Source of the DNA: Desulfatiglandales bacterium
GTDB taxonomy: Bacteria > Desulfobacterota > DSM-4660 > Desulfatiglandales > Desulfatiglandaceae
DNA length: 64,000 nt
Direction: 5' to 3'
Assembly: GCA_963662465.1 (NCBI GenBank)
Contig: OY759599.1
Location: forward strand, 5,888,001 to 5,952,000
Both the position numbers and the translations under genes were made by a program. Below, one piece after another: positions 28,806 through 38,208 of the stretch. The first letter of the stretch is position 1; every line of letters begins with the position of its first letter. The notes below the pieces were generated by a model that did not search any database, was not told the origin of the DNA, and saw only the letters and a program-made list of their open reading frames with translations.

Positions 28806-29540
28806 TCAGGCGTATAAAGCCGTTTTCAGATAGGAAAAGCCCAGATCCAGAAGTGCCGTGTCGCTGGTCTTGACTTTTAGGGCCGTATTCTCATCAATCC
28901 CGAATTGTTTCAGGAAGGGGGTCTCAAAGACAAATTCTCGAAACAGGTCCAAGTTGTAGCAGGCCACCATCACCTTTTGCTGTTGGGATTCTTTGATTGG
29001 CGCCTCGGGATTTCTCCGGGGATGGAACAGGATGTTCAGCATCTTGTCGTTCATGGGGATATAAGGCAAAAGGCCCTGGTCATGCACCCATTCGGCCACG
29101 GTCCACGCTTTCTTTTCTGAAAGGCCGCGGCAGTGGGTGATATGAAGAAATGAGAAATATGCATTCGGTTTGTCCCCGTTCGGGTCAATGCCCGAAGATC
29201 GCCCCAAAGGGTATAGGCGGCATGCCGTGGGTCGGTCGTGGTAGATGCCGCATCCTTTGGGTGTTACAAAGGGACATTCGGCATCAGGATCGCCCATCTT
29301 TATGGAGAGGATGGGAAAACCGGATTCCGGGTCCGGTCGATAGACCACATATTGCGAAAGAAAATCATCGGAATGGATGCCGAGATTCGTTTTGATTCTC
29401 AGAATATCATAGGGGGTCAAAGGAAGATGCTTGTTGCGACAGCAAGTGTTGAAGCAGGAAAGCCCTTCATGACATGAGAAATGAAACGCATCCTCAGGTT
29501 TCAATCGTTCTTCCATGGGTGGGGGAGATTCTAAAAACAT
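28806..29540 (-). CDS. YkgJ family cysteine-cluster protein
   Basis: C..CC, LTPYDILR, CPF....C.IY..RP.ACR.YP. Confidence 0.9.
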   Translation of the reverse strand: MFLESPPPMEERLKPEDAFHFSCHEGLSCFNTCCRNKHLPLTPYDILRIKTNLGIHSDDFLSQYVVYRPDPESGFPILSIKMGDPDAECPFVTPKGCGIYHDRPTACRLYPLGRSSGIDPNGDKPNAYFSFLHITHCRGLSEKKAWTVAEWVHDQGLLPYIPMNDKMLNILFHPRRNPEAPIKESQQQKVMVACYNLDLFREFVFETPFLKQFGIDENTALKVKTSDTALLDLGFSYLKTALYA

Positions 29541-29642
29541 GATTATTTCCTGTTTTATATGAAGTTGAAATTAAAGTGACCGCTTTTTTCCCGATTAGGG
29601 CGATTGAATTTTGATAATGGCGCCATCTTTCGCGTCAAAAAG

Positions 29643-32090
29643 TCACTTATCCTCTATGGCTTTAATGGTTACTGTGGCGCCATTTTTAATGGTGACGCCA
29701 TTTTTAATGGTCAGGGTTCCCTTAAAATATAATGGGCAATTGGCGGTTGATGGAAATACGAAGTCCTCAAGGAGGCCATTGGAGATGTCCGGGCAGGAGA
29801 ACTCCGCGGATCCACCCGGCGGCGGTGGCGGTTCTTCTTCGTCGCCTGTTGAGCCTCTCTCCCCCCGCCGAAAGGAACTTGCATCGCTTTTGGGCGGTAT
29901 GATGATGGTGACATTTTTAGTTGAAATGACCTTGAAAAAATAGCCGGCGCCGCACTGAAGGTTGTCGGTGCTGAGATCCTGTTTTTCATAGCCGTTAAAG
30001 GGGCCGATTCCCGTATAATCCCAAACACATCGTTGTGTCAGTGTGTTTTCGGAACTGGTGACGGCATAGGTGTTGATACCATCGGTGACTTTAATGCTGC
30101 CCAAATTCATATTTTCGCTGACCCATGGCAGAGCTATTATATGCCATCCGGGAGAGAGTCCTTTTTCGTAATCGACGCCGTCGGGCGCGGTCTCGCCCTC
30201 AAATGGAATGGTATCCGTTCGAAGGCTGATCATCCAGAAACCCATGCCGGGAATGATGGGGAGTGTTTGAAAGCTTCCGTCATTGAATTCCAGATAATTT
30301 CCGCTCACCGAGGCGAATCCTCGCCAGCCTGTATTGTTGTAGGGGCCCAGTACGTTTTCCATGGCGGCCAGTATTTGGGCGCCGGTCATGTAAAAGGGGA
30401 CGGTGAAAATCCGGTAATCTGTGATCTGCCCGGTGCCGCCTGGAAGGAGGTAATTATAAACCTGTGTCCCCGCATATTCGTAGGCCCCCATGTCAAAGCC
30501 GGCGCCTTTGGGCCTTTTAAAGCCCTGATAATCCAAGGTAACCGGATCGCCTGCATCTAGGCTGATGGCATCGATGCACGGGGAAGTGCTTTTCAGTTCG
30601 TAACTTCCATAGAGGGGGGGCTTATGGATGTCGTTGGCGCCGGCTGAACAGCCCTCATAATTACCGCCGGCATTGTTCCAAACATCGTTGTAATCAATGA
30701 TTGGGTTGCCCCCCTGGTTTTGTATGCCGTATACACCAAAGTTGCTGATGATATTGTATTTGATCAAAGGGGAAGCGGAACTGGTACTGTCGCTCTCAAG
30801 AATAATGCCGTTAAGTGTCCCGCCATCAATGGTATTGTGATATATCTCAGGGTTGACTGTGGATTGGTTATTGGTTCGCATAAAAATACCAAAAGACATG
30901 GCGCCGGATACAGTTTGGTAAATTACATTATTTTTGATGGTGGGAGAAGCGGAATCGTTGTTAAACGCCTCTATCAGGATGCCGATGGTGTTGTCGAAAA
31001 TAAGGTTCCTGCTGATGATCGGACTGGATTCCGCACGGATGCCGTACTCAAAATTGCGATAGATTTTGCTTTGTTTCACGACTGTATTGTTGCTCCAGAT
31101 GATATCAATGCCATGGGTCAAATTATCAAAAATATCGCACCTATCAATAATGCTGTCGGTAGCATGGCTGACCCTGATTCCCCAATTGTTTCCATAAGCA
31201 CTACAACCGTAGATTCGGTTTTCCGCCCCGTTGGTAATCCGAATGCCTTCTTCATCGACATCAGAGAACCCAGTAACATGCAAGCTTTTGACGGTAACGC
31301 TTGACCCGGTGATTTCCAGACCCCTGGTCCAGTTCTGTGCATTTGCTCCGTCAATAATCGGTATTGTCCCGGCTTCAGCGACGACGGTAACAGTGTCCTG
31401 AGAGATGATCAGTTCCGTATCCGCTTCCCCGTCGGCTACCCTGTAGTAGGTGCTGGAGCCCCCCGGCGCCACATATAAGGTGTATGTTCCCGTACTCCCC
31501 CCGTTTATCTGAGCAATGGCAAAGTGCAGGGTTTTCCAGGGTGCGCCTGAGCTGCCGTCATCGGAGTCGCTGCCGCTTTCAATATTCACGTAGTAAGTCC
31601 CGGCGCCGATAGTAGCCAGCTTCACGTTATAGGTAGGATCATCTTTGAAATGGATCCACCCGACATTCTCCGACCAGGCATACCCGTCAAAAGAACCGGT
31701 AGCAGGGTCAATGATCACCTGGCTGTTTGAAGAATTGAAGTTGATCCAGCCTGCGATTTCACTCCATGCATAGCCTGAAAGTCCGCCCGTACCGCTGTCC
31801 CGGTTTACGCCCCAGTTGGAACTGGTGGTGTTACCATAAGGTCCTGTCCCCGAACCTAACTTTACCCAGCCGATATTCTCGGCCCAGGCGTAGCCGGAAA
31901 GATAGGCGTCATAGACCGTGACCCCTGCGTCGGTGGGGCGGAAATTGAACCAGCCTGCGTTTTCCAACCAGGCGTATTTATTGGTGGTATCGATGTTCCC
32001 TTCGCCGGCCCAGGTGGTTGTGGGTTTGAAAAGGCCGCAGAATATGCAGACCATGCAGAATATCGTGACGTTTCTAATGAATGACTTCAT
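29643..32090 (-). CDS. Secreted protein with GYAWxEN.GW repeats and a right-handed parallel beta-helix
   Basis: Signal peptide; four (Y)AW.E..GW repeats; PWKTL..A; N...GI beta-helix repeats; SPCIDA...DMGAYE. Confidence 0.8.
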   Translation of the reverse strand: MKSFIRNVTIFCMVCIFCGLFKPTTTWAGEGNIDTTNKYAWLENAGWFNFRPTDAGVTVYDAYLSGYAWAENIGWVKLGSGTGPYGNTTSSNWGVNRDSGTGGLSGYAWSEIAGWINFNSSNSQVIIDPATGSFDGYAWSENVGWIHFKDDPTYNVKLATIGAGTYYVNIESGSDSDDGSSGAPWKTLHFAIAQINGGSTGTYTLYVAPGGSSTYYRVADGEADTELIISQDTVTVVAEAGTIPIIDGANAQNWTRGLEITGSSVTVKSLHVTGFSDVDEEGIRITNGAENRIYGCSAYGNNWGIRVSHATDSIIDRCDIFDNLTHGIDIIWSNNTVVKQSKIYRNFEYGIRAESSPIISRNLIFDNTIGILIEAFNNDSASPTIKNNVIYQTVSGAMSFGIFMRTNNQSTVNPEIYHNTIDGGTLNGIILESDSTSSASPLIKYNIISNFGVYGIQNQGGNPIIDYNDVWNNAGGNYEGCSAGANDIHKPPLYGSYELKSTSPCIDAISLDAGDPVTLDYQGFKRPKGAGFDMGAYEYAGTQVYNYLLPGGTGQITDYRIFTVPFYMTGAQILAAMENVLGPYNNTGWRGFASVSGNYLEFNDGSFQTLPIIPGMGFWMISLRTDTIPFEGETAPDGVDYEKGLSPGWHIIALPWVSENMNLGSIKVTDGINTYAVTSSENTLTQRCVWDYTGIGPFNGYEKQDLSTDNLQCGAGYFFKVISTKNVTIIIPPKSDASSFRRGERGSTGDEEEPPPPPGGSAEFSCPDISNGLLEDFVFPSTANCPLYFKGTLTIKNGVTIKNGATVTIKAIEDK

Positions 32091-32196
32091 TTTGATCCTC
32101 GCGGCTTATCGATGTAAGATCCTTTGACAGGATGAGCAAGATAAGAATTACGAATATTCGGGCTGAAAAACTTGAACTTAAATTCGGACAAATATA

Positions 32197-32322
32197 AGGG
32201 ACGACGCGGGCATCCTCCTCCATGACCTGTATAAACGGGCCCACCTGCATGAGTAGGATGCAATCAACCGCCTGATGCTTCAGCTCACGGTAGTGGGATA
32301 CCAGTTTTTGGGAAAATACCAT
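32197..32322 (-). pseudogene. Truncated MutS domain I-like small protein
   Basis: KLVSHYRELKHQAVDCILLMQVGPFIQVMEEDARVV resembles the MutS-I pattern Y..LK....D.ILL..VG.FY....EDA. Similarity stops near 32197. Confidence 0.7.
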
Positions 32323-32401
32323 GTTTCACCTTAAAAAAAATCGCGTACAGTGTCATAAATTCCCCTGTACCCCCTGCAAAAAACCCAAGGAATCAAAGCT
32401 T

Positions 32402-34030
32402 CTATTGTCCGGTGCGGACCGGCCACACGTAATGGCTGTAGAACTTATCGTTGTAGTTATTAACGCTGCCATTGTACAGATCTACATTCCACGCGGAGGT
32501 CGTCTGCTCCGCGTTCGAAGTACTCGACCAGTAGAAGCCCGAATTGACGTCCGTGAAGGGATGATTGGAAGGAAGGGCAGGGTTAAATTGAGACATATCC
32601 AACAAGCTTTCCAGTTCGAAACGGTTGGGTAGGCGCCAGTCGTTATATGTCCCCAGCATCAGGGTATTGCAATAGGTCAAAGCCTCTGTCCAGCTGGCTG
32701 TTTTTACTCCTGTTCCACCAGCCTCCGGGCTGGCGTTTTTGGACCACATTAACCCTGTCAGATTATCCGTTACCGTCTCGTTTCCGTTATCTGTAAATCG
32801 CGGGTTCGGCCAAGCGACACCCTTTTTCAGATCACCATCATCCCCTGTTTGATCCGACGTGATTTGCCCGGTCTTGGCAACTTCGGCACACCCCGTTCCC
32901 GTTATTTCGCCACCGCCCACCCAGGCTTTTTTGCCTGTTCGGATATCCCCAACCGCTGCATTGCCGCTGCTGGTATTCACCACGTTGCTGTTGCCTAGAA
33001 AACCAAAAATGGTTTTTCCTGACATTATATTGGCAGAGGCCAGATCCGAGTCCACAGCGCTGAGGGTCGTTGCCGCATAATAACCTGCTGAGACCGTATC
33101 GTTAGCAGGCGACAGGGTATTGGTAGGTATCGTTCCGGTCAGACCCGCCGAACTCGAATTGCTGAAGGTCTTGGTCGCTAAAACATCACCGACAACGGCA
33201 GTCCCGGTTGCCGCAATGGCTGAACCCGCTTTTCCGAATATGGTCTTGCCTGAAACAATGTTTGCCCCGGTCAGATCCGAATCCACAGCGCTGAGGGTCG
33301 TTGCCGCATAATAACCTGCTGAGACCGTATCGTTAGCAGGCGACAGGGTATTGGTAGGTATCGTTCCGGTCAGACCCGCCGAACTCGAATTGCTGAAGGT
33401 CTTGGTCGCCAAAACATCACCGACAACGGCAGTCCCGGTTGCCGCAATGGCTGAACCCGCTTTTCCGAATATGGTCTTGCCTGAAACAATGTTTGCCCCG
33501 GTCAGATCCGAATCCACAGCGCTGAGGGTCGTTGCCGCATAATAACCTGCTGAGACCGTATCGTTAGCAGGCGACAGGGTATTGGTAGGTATCGTTCCGG
33601 TCAGACCCGCCGAACTCGAATTGCTGAAGGTCTTGGTTGCCAAAACATCACCGACAACGGCAGTCCCGGAAGATATCAGCCCACTGCCTGTCTCCACTCC
33701 CCAGTTCCCTGACGCCGGGTTAAAGAACTTTTTGCCTGTTGCGACATCGGATGCTTGTGCATCGCACTGGTCGAATTTAGCCTTAGTGTCGTCATAGATA
33801 TTTTTTGTTGTTTTCATGGTGGAGCCGGGTCCGCCCGAAGGCTCCTGGAATGACGTGATAATTGAGGGCACGGTTCCGGAATTTAAATAGTTGTAAAGCT
33901 GCAGAAGCGTATACATTCCGCTGCCTGCTGAAGGATTGCCCGGCGAATCAATATTGCCCGCAAAACCCAGGGCAGGGATGCATACTATCATTATTAAAAA
34001 AGCTACAAGGGCCAATTTTCTCATCTTCAT
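32402..34030 (-). CDS. Secreted DUF1566 (Lcl C-terminal, C-type-lectin-like) protein with internal 77-aa repeats; probable DGR target
   Basis: Signal peptide; RFTDNG..TVTDNLTGLMW, DWRLPN..EL.SL, YWSST...AW.V...G...YVWPVR. Confidence 0.88.
   Translation of the reverse strand: MKMRKLALVAFLIMIVCIPALGFAGNIDSPGNPSAGSGMYTLLQLYNYLNSGTVPSIITSFQEPSGGPGSTMKTTKNIYDDTKAKFDQCDAQASDVATGKKFFNPASGNWGVETGSGLISSGTAVVGDVLATKTFSNSSSAGLTGTIPTNTLSPANDTVSAGYYAATTLSAVDSDLTGANIVSGKTIFGKAGSAIAATGTAVVGDVLATKTFSNSSSAGLTGTIPTNTLSPANDTVSAGYYAATTLSAVDSDLTGANIVSGKTIFGKAGSAIAATGTAVVGDVLATKTFSNSSSAGLTGTIPTNTLSPANDTVSAGYYAATTLSAVDSDLASANIMSGKTIFGFLGNSNVVNTSSGNAAVGDIRTGKKAWVGGGEITGTGCAEVAKTGQITSDQTGDDGDLKKGVAWPNPRFTDNGNETVTDNLTGLMWSKNASPEAGGTGVKTASWTEALTYCNTLMLGTYNDWRLPNRFELESLLDMSQFNPALPSNHPFTDVNSGFYWSSTSNAEQTTSAWNVDLYNGSVNNYNDKFYSHYVWPVRTGQ
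33041..33669. repeat. 231-bp tandem repeat, ~2.7 near-identical copies
   Basis: Same sequence at 33120, 33351 and 33582. Confidence 0.95.
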
Positions 34031-34202
34031 TTCCTCCTATAGCAAAGACGCATTTTTTAAGAGAACAATAAGAACACCTGATCCCAGTTTCGTTTCTCTG
34101 TACCCTGCTTTTTATTCGGGTTTTATCAAAGGCAGGAAAATTTTGAAAGATGAAACAGTCAATGGGGATGGTTACAGGGAATCCAAAAATAAACATCATC
34201 GA

Positions 34203-34232
34203 ATTGTCCTACATCAAACTCTATGCTGTCAA
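34203..34232 (-). promoter_or_regulatory. Putative sigma70 promoter of the DUF1566 gene
   Basis: TTGACA-N18-GACAAT on the minus strand. Confidence 0.5.
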
Positions 34233-34370
34233 GCAGCTTTTTGGGGTCGAGAAATGCTTGCCGCCCAAAAGGAGGGGCCATTCTTTTGGGGGGGGGGGGG
34301 TAGCCCCAATACACTTTTTCGCAAATAAACCTGACGTTTCGTTTTTCTAAAAGATGCTAGGATTTATCTT

Positions 34371-34535
34371 TAAAGGTTCATCGCGGATTAACGTGAAATC
34401 GCGCTTTGAGATTGTTTCGGTTCGGGCTGTAGGTGCGACTTCAGTCGCACAGGGTCGGCTTAATGTGCGACTGAAGTCGCACCTACAATCGGCTCAGAAG
34501 CCAAATCTCACGCGAATCCACGATGAGCCTCTTTA
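34371..34535. repeat. REP doublet nested in a longer imperfect inverted repeat (REPIN/MITE-like)
   Basis: GTAGGTGCGACTTCAGTCGCAC (34429-34450) and its exact reverse complement (34465-34486). Outer arms AGGTTCATCGCGGATTAACGTGA / TCACGCGAATCCACGATGAGCCT. Confidence 0.8.
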
Positions 34536-34666
34536 AATTCTTCAGCTTGGAGAGGGACTCCGGTACCGGATGATTCCCCGGCTTATTCTGGAAGCACCTG
34601 GGATAACGTCTTTGTGATTATCCAGGTGGTTTATGTGCTTGAATCGGACCATTAATGCCACCAAAA

Positions 34667-36040
34667 TTAAGGCGGAGATGGTGGCCCGGGAAGGGGAGGC
34701 ATAGTCGTTGACGTCGTAGGCGCAAAAGTCGTGCTGGTGGTCGTTGTAGTCGTCGTGGTGGTTGTGGGTGCTGTAGTTGTTGTGGTGCTGGTAGGCCTGG
34801 TGGTGCTGGTAGGCCTGGTGGTGCTGGTAGGCCTGGTGGTGCTGGTAGGCCTGGTGGTGCTGGTAGGCCTGGTGGTAGTTGTAGTGGTTGTAGTGGTGGA
34901 AGCTCTGGTAGTGGTAGTTGTAGTGGTTGTAGTGGTGGAAGCTCTGGTGGTAGTCGTAGTTGTAGTGGTTGTAGTGGTGGAAGCTTTGGTGGTAGTCGTA
35001 GTTGTAGTGGTGGAAGCTTTGGTGGTAGTTGTAGTTGTAGTGGTGGTGGTAGTTGTGGTTGTTGTAGTGGTAGTAGTTGTAGTGGTCGTAGTGGTCGTAG
35101 TGGTCGTGGTCGTGGAAGGCGTTGTGGCTGTTGAGGATGTTGATGTGGTGGTCGTGCTGGAAAGCGTTCCCATAACCTTCAGCGGTGCCTGAGTTGTGGT
35201 GGTTGTTTCCGGTATCGTCGTGCTCGACAGCGTTGTCGTTGAAGGAACTGTTGTGGTGGTTGTTTCCGGTATCGTTGTGCTCGACAGCGTTGTCGTTGAA
35301 GGAACCGTTGTGGTGGCTTCAGTTGTTGTGGTGGTTTCCTGGATGCTCTCGGTGGTTTGGGTTTCCCCAAGCGATTCCAGGAGTTCCTGCATCTGTTCCT
35401 CATTCAGAAGGACGGGTGTTGAAGGTGGCAGGTTATTTATCACATCAGTAGCCAAGCCATTGGTCAGATTCACATATTGAGATGGATCAAACTGATTGCC
35501 GACTTCAACCATGCCTTCAAAGCAAACAACCTTTGTAATGGCTTGGTCCACCACCCAGACCATATAGATGGTGCCGCGAACACCGATAACAGCAGTGGGG
35601 GTTTTTACCTGAAAGCCTCGCTCCTTGAACTTCATCAGGTCTTTTGCAAAGACCTTGAATTTACCCACCATTATCCTGAATTCAGCGTTTCGTTTCTTTT
35701 TCCCGACGTCAAATTCAAATTTGTCCAGATGAAGATTCGCTTTTTCACCCATGGCCATGAAGCTGCCGTCCTTGAACGTCAACCGCAGTCTCGAATTTGT
35801 CTCGGTTTTGAGCTGGTCATGGAGATAGAGTGCCATGCCCAGGGTTACCTTGATGGGTTTCGTTATCCCTTTTCTGGAAACAGTGGCCGATCCTTTCACC
35901 CGGGTGATTTCTCCGATCACATCTGCCCCATGGGCGCCCAACGGCGAAAGGATAAACAGCATCGCCACGATCAGAAGAAACCAACCCCTGTGTTTATCCC
36001 GTGTCGGGTTTGACCCCGGTATCAAATTGTTTTTCTCCAT
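34667..36040 (-). CDS. FecR domain protein with a long Thr-rich low-complexity tail
   Basis: L.F.DGS, VKTPTAVIGVRGT, V.C.EG.VEV; poly-Thr and RPTSTT repeats; Pro-rich end. Confidence 0.88.
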   Translation of the reverse strand: MEKNNLIPGSNPTRDKHRGWFLLIVAMLFILSPLGAHGADVIGEITRVKGSATVSRKGITKPIKVTLGMALYLHDQLKTETNSRLRLTFKDGSFMAMGEKANLHLDKFEFDVGKKKRNAEFRIMVGKFKVFAKDLMKFKERGFQVKTPTAVIGVRGTIYMVWVVDQAITKVVCFEGMVEVGNQFDPSQYVNLTNGLATDVINNLPPSTPVLLNEEQMQELLESLGETQTTESIQETTTTTEATTTVPSTTTLSSTTIPETTTTTVPSTTTLSSTTIPETTTTTQAPLKVMGTLSSTTTTSTSSTATTPSTTTTTTTTTTTTTTTTTTTTTTTTTTTTTTTKASTTTTTTTTKASTTTTTTTTTTTRASTTTTTTTTTTRASTTTTTTTTTRPTSTTRPTSTTRPTSTTRPTSTTRPTSTTTTTAPTTTTTTTTTTSTTFAPTTSTTMPPLPGPPSPP

Positions 36041-36110
36041 GGTGACTCACCTGTGTGGTAAAGGTTTTTAATGCCTTATTTCCAAAGAACTTGAACTTGC
36101 AATTTGTAGC

Positions 36111-37889
36111 TCAGAAGGAATAGGTCAATTCCAGCATATAAACGTTTTTCTTGAAAGAATAGAGGTTGGCGCCATTCGCCAAATAATCGGAATCATTTTT
36201 AATGTGCAGGTATGAAAACGAAAGCAGAAGCCGCTCCAGAAAATTACGCTTGAGGGAAAATGTGGTGGTGTAGGTACTATCCCTGCGGCCGCCGCTGGTA
36301 GTGAAATCGGGATAATGCGTTCGCATGTAGGAAAAAGAGAGATCTCCCCATATGCCCCAATAGATGGAAGACGCAACCCCGGCCATTAATTCGTGGTAGC
36401 TGTAAGTGGAAGGATTATCGCCCGACTTCTCGTAAGCGGTTCGGTATCCAATTCTGGGAAGAATTTGGGTATCGGGAATTTTGTAGGATTGGGTAATATC
36501 CGCGCCATAGCGGGAAGAATCCCCGGTGACGCCATCCAGGTAATCCTTGAGCTGGTATATCAGGTTAATATCGGTCCTCAGATCATAGGGCTCGAGGATG
36601 CTGATGGTGGGCATAAAGCTGTGCATGCGGAGCCGGGCATAAGAATTGTTGGCAAAGGTTATGTAAACAGGAGGATTGATGCCCTGTTTTTTTCCGCCGG
36701 AATAAAAATAGCTGAAATCATACTGAAAACGAAAAAAAACAGGATCCCAGTTTGCCTGAACATACACATGGGGGCTGTGGGATGTCACATTGCTGTCTGT
36801 CCAGTCCCGGTAGCCGAGGGAAAAAAGGGTGTAGCCCACACCCGCTTCCAGGTCTTTCAGATTCAGGAATTTATATCCGCCCCTCAAGAAAAAGGTTTGG
36901 TATTGATCCCCTTGCCCTGTGCCGCCGGTGACAGGGCCCCCTGTAACTTCTTCCAGGGGATCACGGGCCACATTGTCGTCATAGCCCCAGTTGAAGGAGG
37001 TGATCAAATACCACGGCTTGCGGGCCCAGGCAGCGTCCTCAACCCGGGGAATGGTTTGCCGCGCGCTTTCAGCCAATGGGTTTTTTGGATCCAGTTTAAC
37101 CGCTTTTTTAAACATCAGGGCTGCCTGATCAAATTTTTCTTCCTCAAGGTAGGTGGCGCCGGTCATGTAAACGGATATCTGGTTCAACTGAGGTTCCAGT
37201 TTCCTTGCACGGCTGAAGCATTTTACGGCATCAACGTAATTCCCGGAATCCTTATAGGCATAGCCCAAATCGAGAAATACGCGACCGCTGCCGGGATCTA
37301 TTTTTTCAGCCGTGCGCAGGGTTTCAATGGCTTTGTCATATTTTTTTTGGCTGCTGTAAATGGCGGCGACATCAAAATAGGCCTTGAAAAAAAGCTTCGG
37401 TTCCTTCACTATCAGAGATTCAAATATTTCAAGGGCTTCATGGCTTTTTTTGATTCGCACATAAGCCACCGCAAGGTAGTATTGATATTCCAGGTTCCCG
37501 GGTTCCAGGGCGACCGCTTTTTTAAAGAGCCTGGCAGCTTCCTCGAAGTTTTCCATATCCAGCGCATCAACCCCATCCATGAAAAAATCCATGGCCCCGG
37601 ATTTGGTTTCAGATGTCGTGATCGTCGGGGGTTGGGACGTGACTGCAGGAGGGGGCTCTGCCTTGGCGATAGCATTAGAGATTATCAATGATTTTTTCAA
37701 CTCGATATGTCCGCCTTTGTCCGGCTGCAGAGACGTCTGGGTTCCGGTGTCAGCGCCAAAAACCTGAGGAATTATGCCAAAAAAGGCAAGAATCGCAACA
37801 GACAAAAAGATTCGAAAGCTGCGACGAGGTCGGACATGGGGTCTCCACGTGCAAGACAAACCCACATTCCAGAGCTTAGAAATTTTCAC
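36111..37889 (-). CDS. TPR-repeat protein with C-terminal outer-membrane beta-barrel
   Basis: Multiple TPRs, GYDDNV barrel start, C-terminal LELTYSF. Confidence 0.85.
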   Translation of the reverse strand: MKISKLWNVGLSCTWRPHVRPRRSFRIFLSVAILAFFGIIPQVFGADTGTQTSLQPDKGGHIELKKSLIISNAIAKAEPPPAVTSQPPTITTSETKSGAMDFFMDGVDALDMENFEEAARLFKKAVALEPGNLEYQYYLAVAYVRIKKSHEALEIFESLIVKEPKLFFKAYFDVAAIYSSQKKYDKAIETLRTAEKIDPGSGRVFLDLGYAYKDSGNYVDAVKCFSRARKLEPQLNQISVYMTGATYLEEEKFDQAALMFKKAVKLDPKNPLAESARQTIPRVEDAAWARKPWYLITSFNWGYDDNVARDPLEEVTGGPVTGGTGQGDQYQTFFLRGGYKFLNLKDLEAGVGYTLFSLGYRDWTDSNVTSHSPHVYVQANWDPVFFRFQYDFSYFYSGGKKQGINPPVYITFANNSYARLRMHSFMPTISILEPYDLRTDINLIYQLKDYLDGVTGDSSRYGADITQSYKIPDTQILPRIGYRTAYEKSGDNPSTYSYHELMAGVASSIYWGIWGDLSFSYMRTHYPDFTTSGGRRDSTYTTTFSLKRNFLERLLLSFSYLHIKNDSDYLANGANLYSFKKNVYMLELTYSF

Positions 37890-38208
37890 ATTTTCACCTT
37901 AAAAATCATTACCATACAATTGGGCAATGAGGTTTTTTTATGTGTTTGAAGAACCGAAAAACGGAAAAAAATAAGCAATCATACTTAAAAAGCATATTAG
38001 ATGGTAATGGGGTAGTTCGTGTCAAGATTTTTTTAAAAAATCTTGAAAGCCATACGGCGCCATTTTCCGCCTGAATGGGTGTGCCTTGATTCAGAAAATG
38101 ATGAATCTTAGAACGATTTTATGGTATAGAACGCTGTGAGGATCTCCAAAGGATAAAGAAGCTGCCGATTTTTATAAAATTTCAATAACCATACCGGAGA
38201 TATTGAAT

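Noticed and set aside
34731..35480. Poly-Val ORFs on the plus strand
   Set aside because: Antisense shadows of the Thr-rich tail of the FecR protein.
36393..37691. 432-aa plus-strand ORF and other long antisense ORFs (e.g. 48354..49424, 38257..39150, 3455..4078)
   Set aside because: Fully overlap well-supported genes on the opposite strand and lack family motifs.
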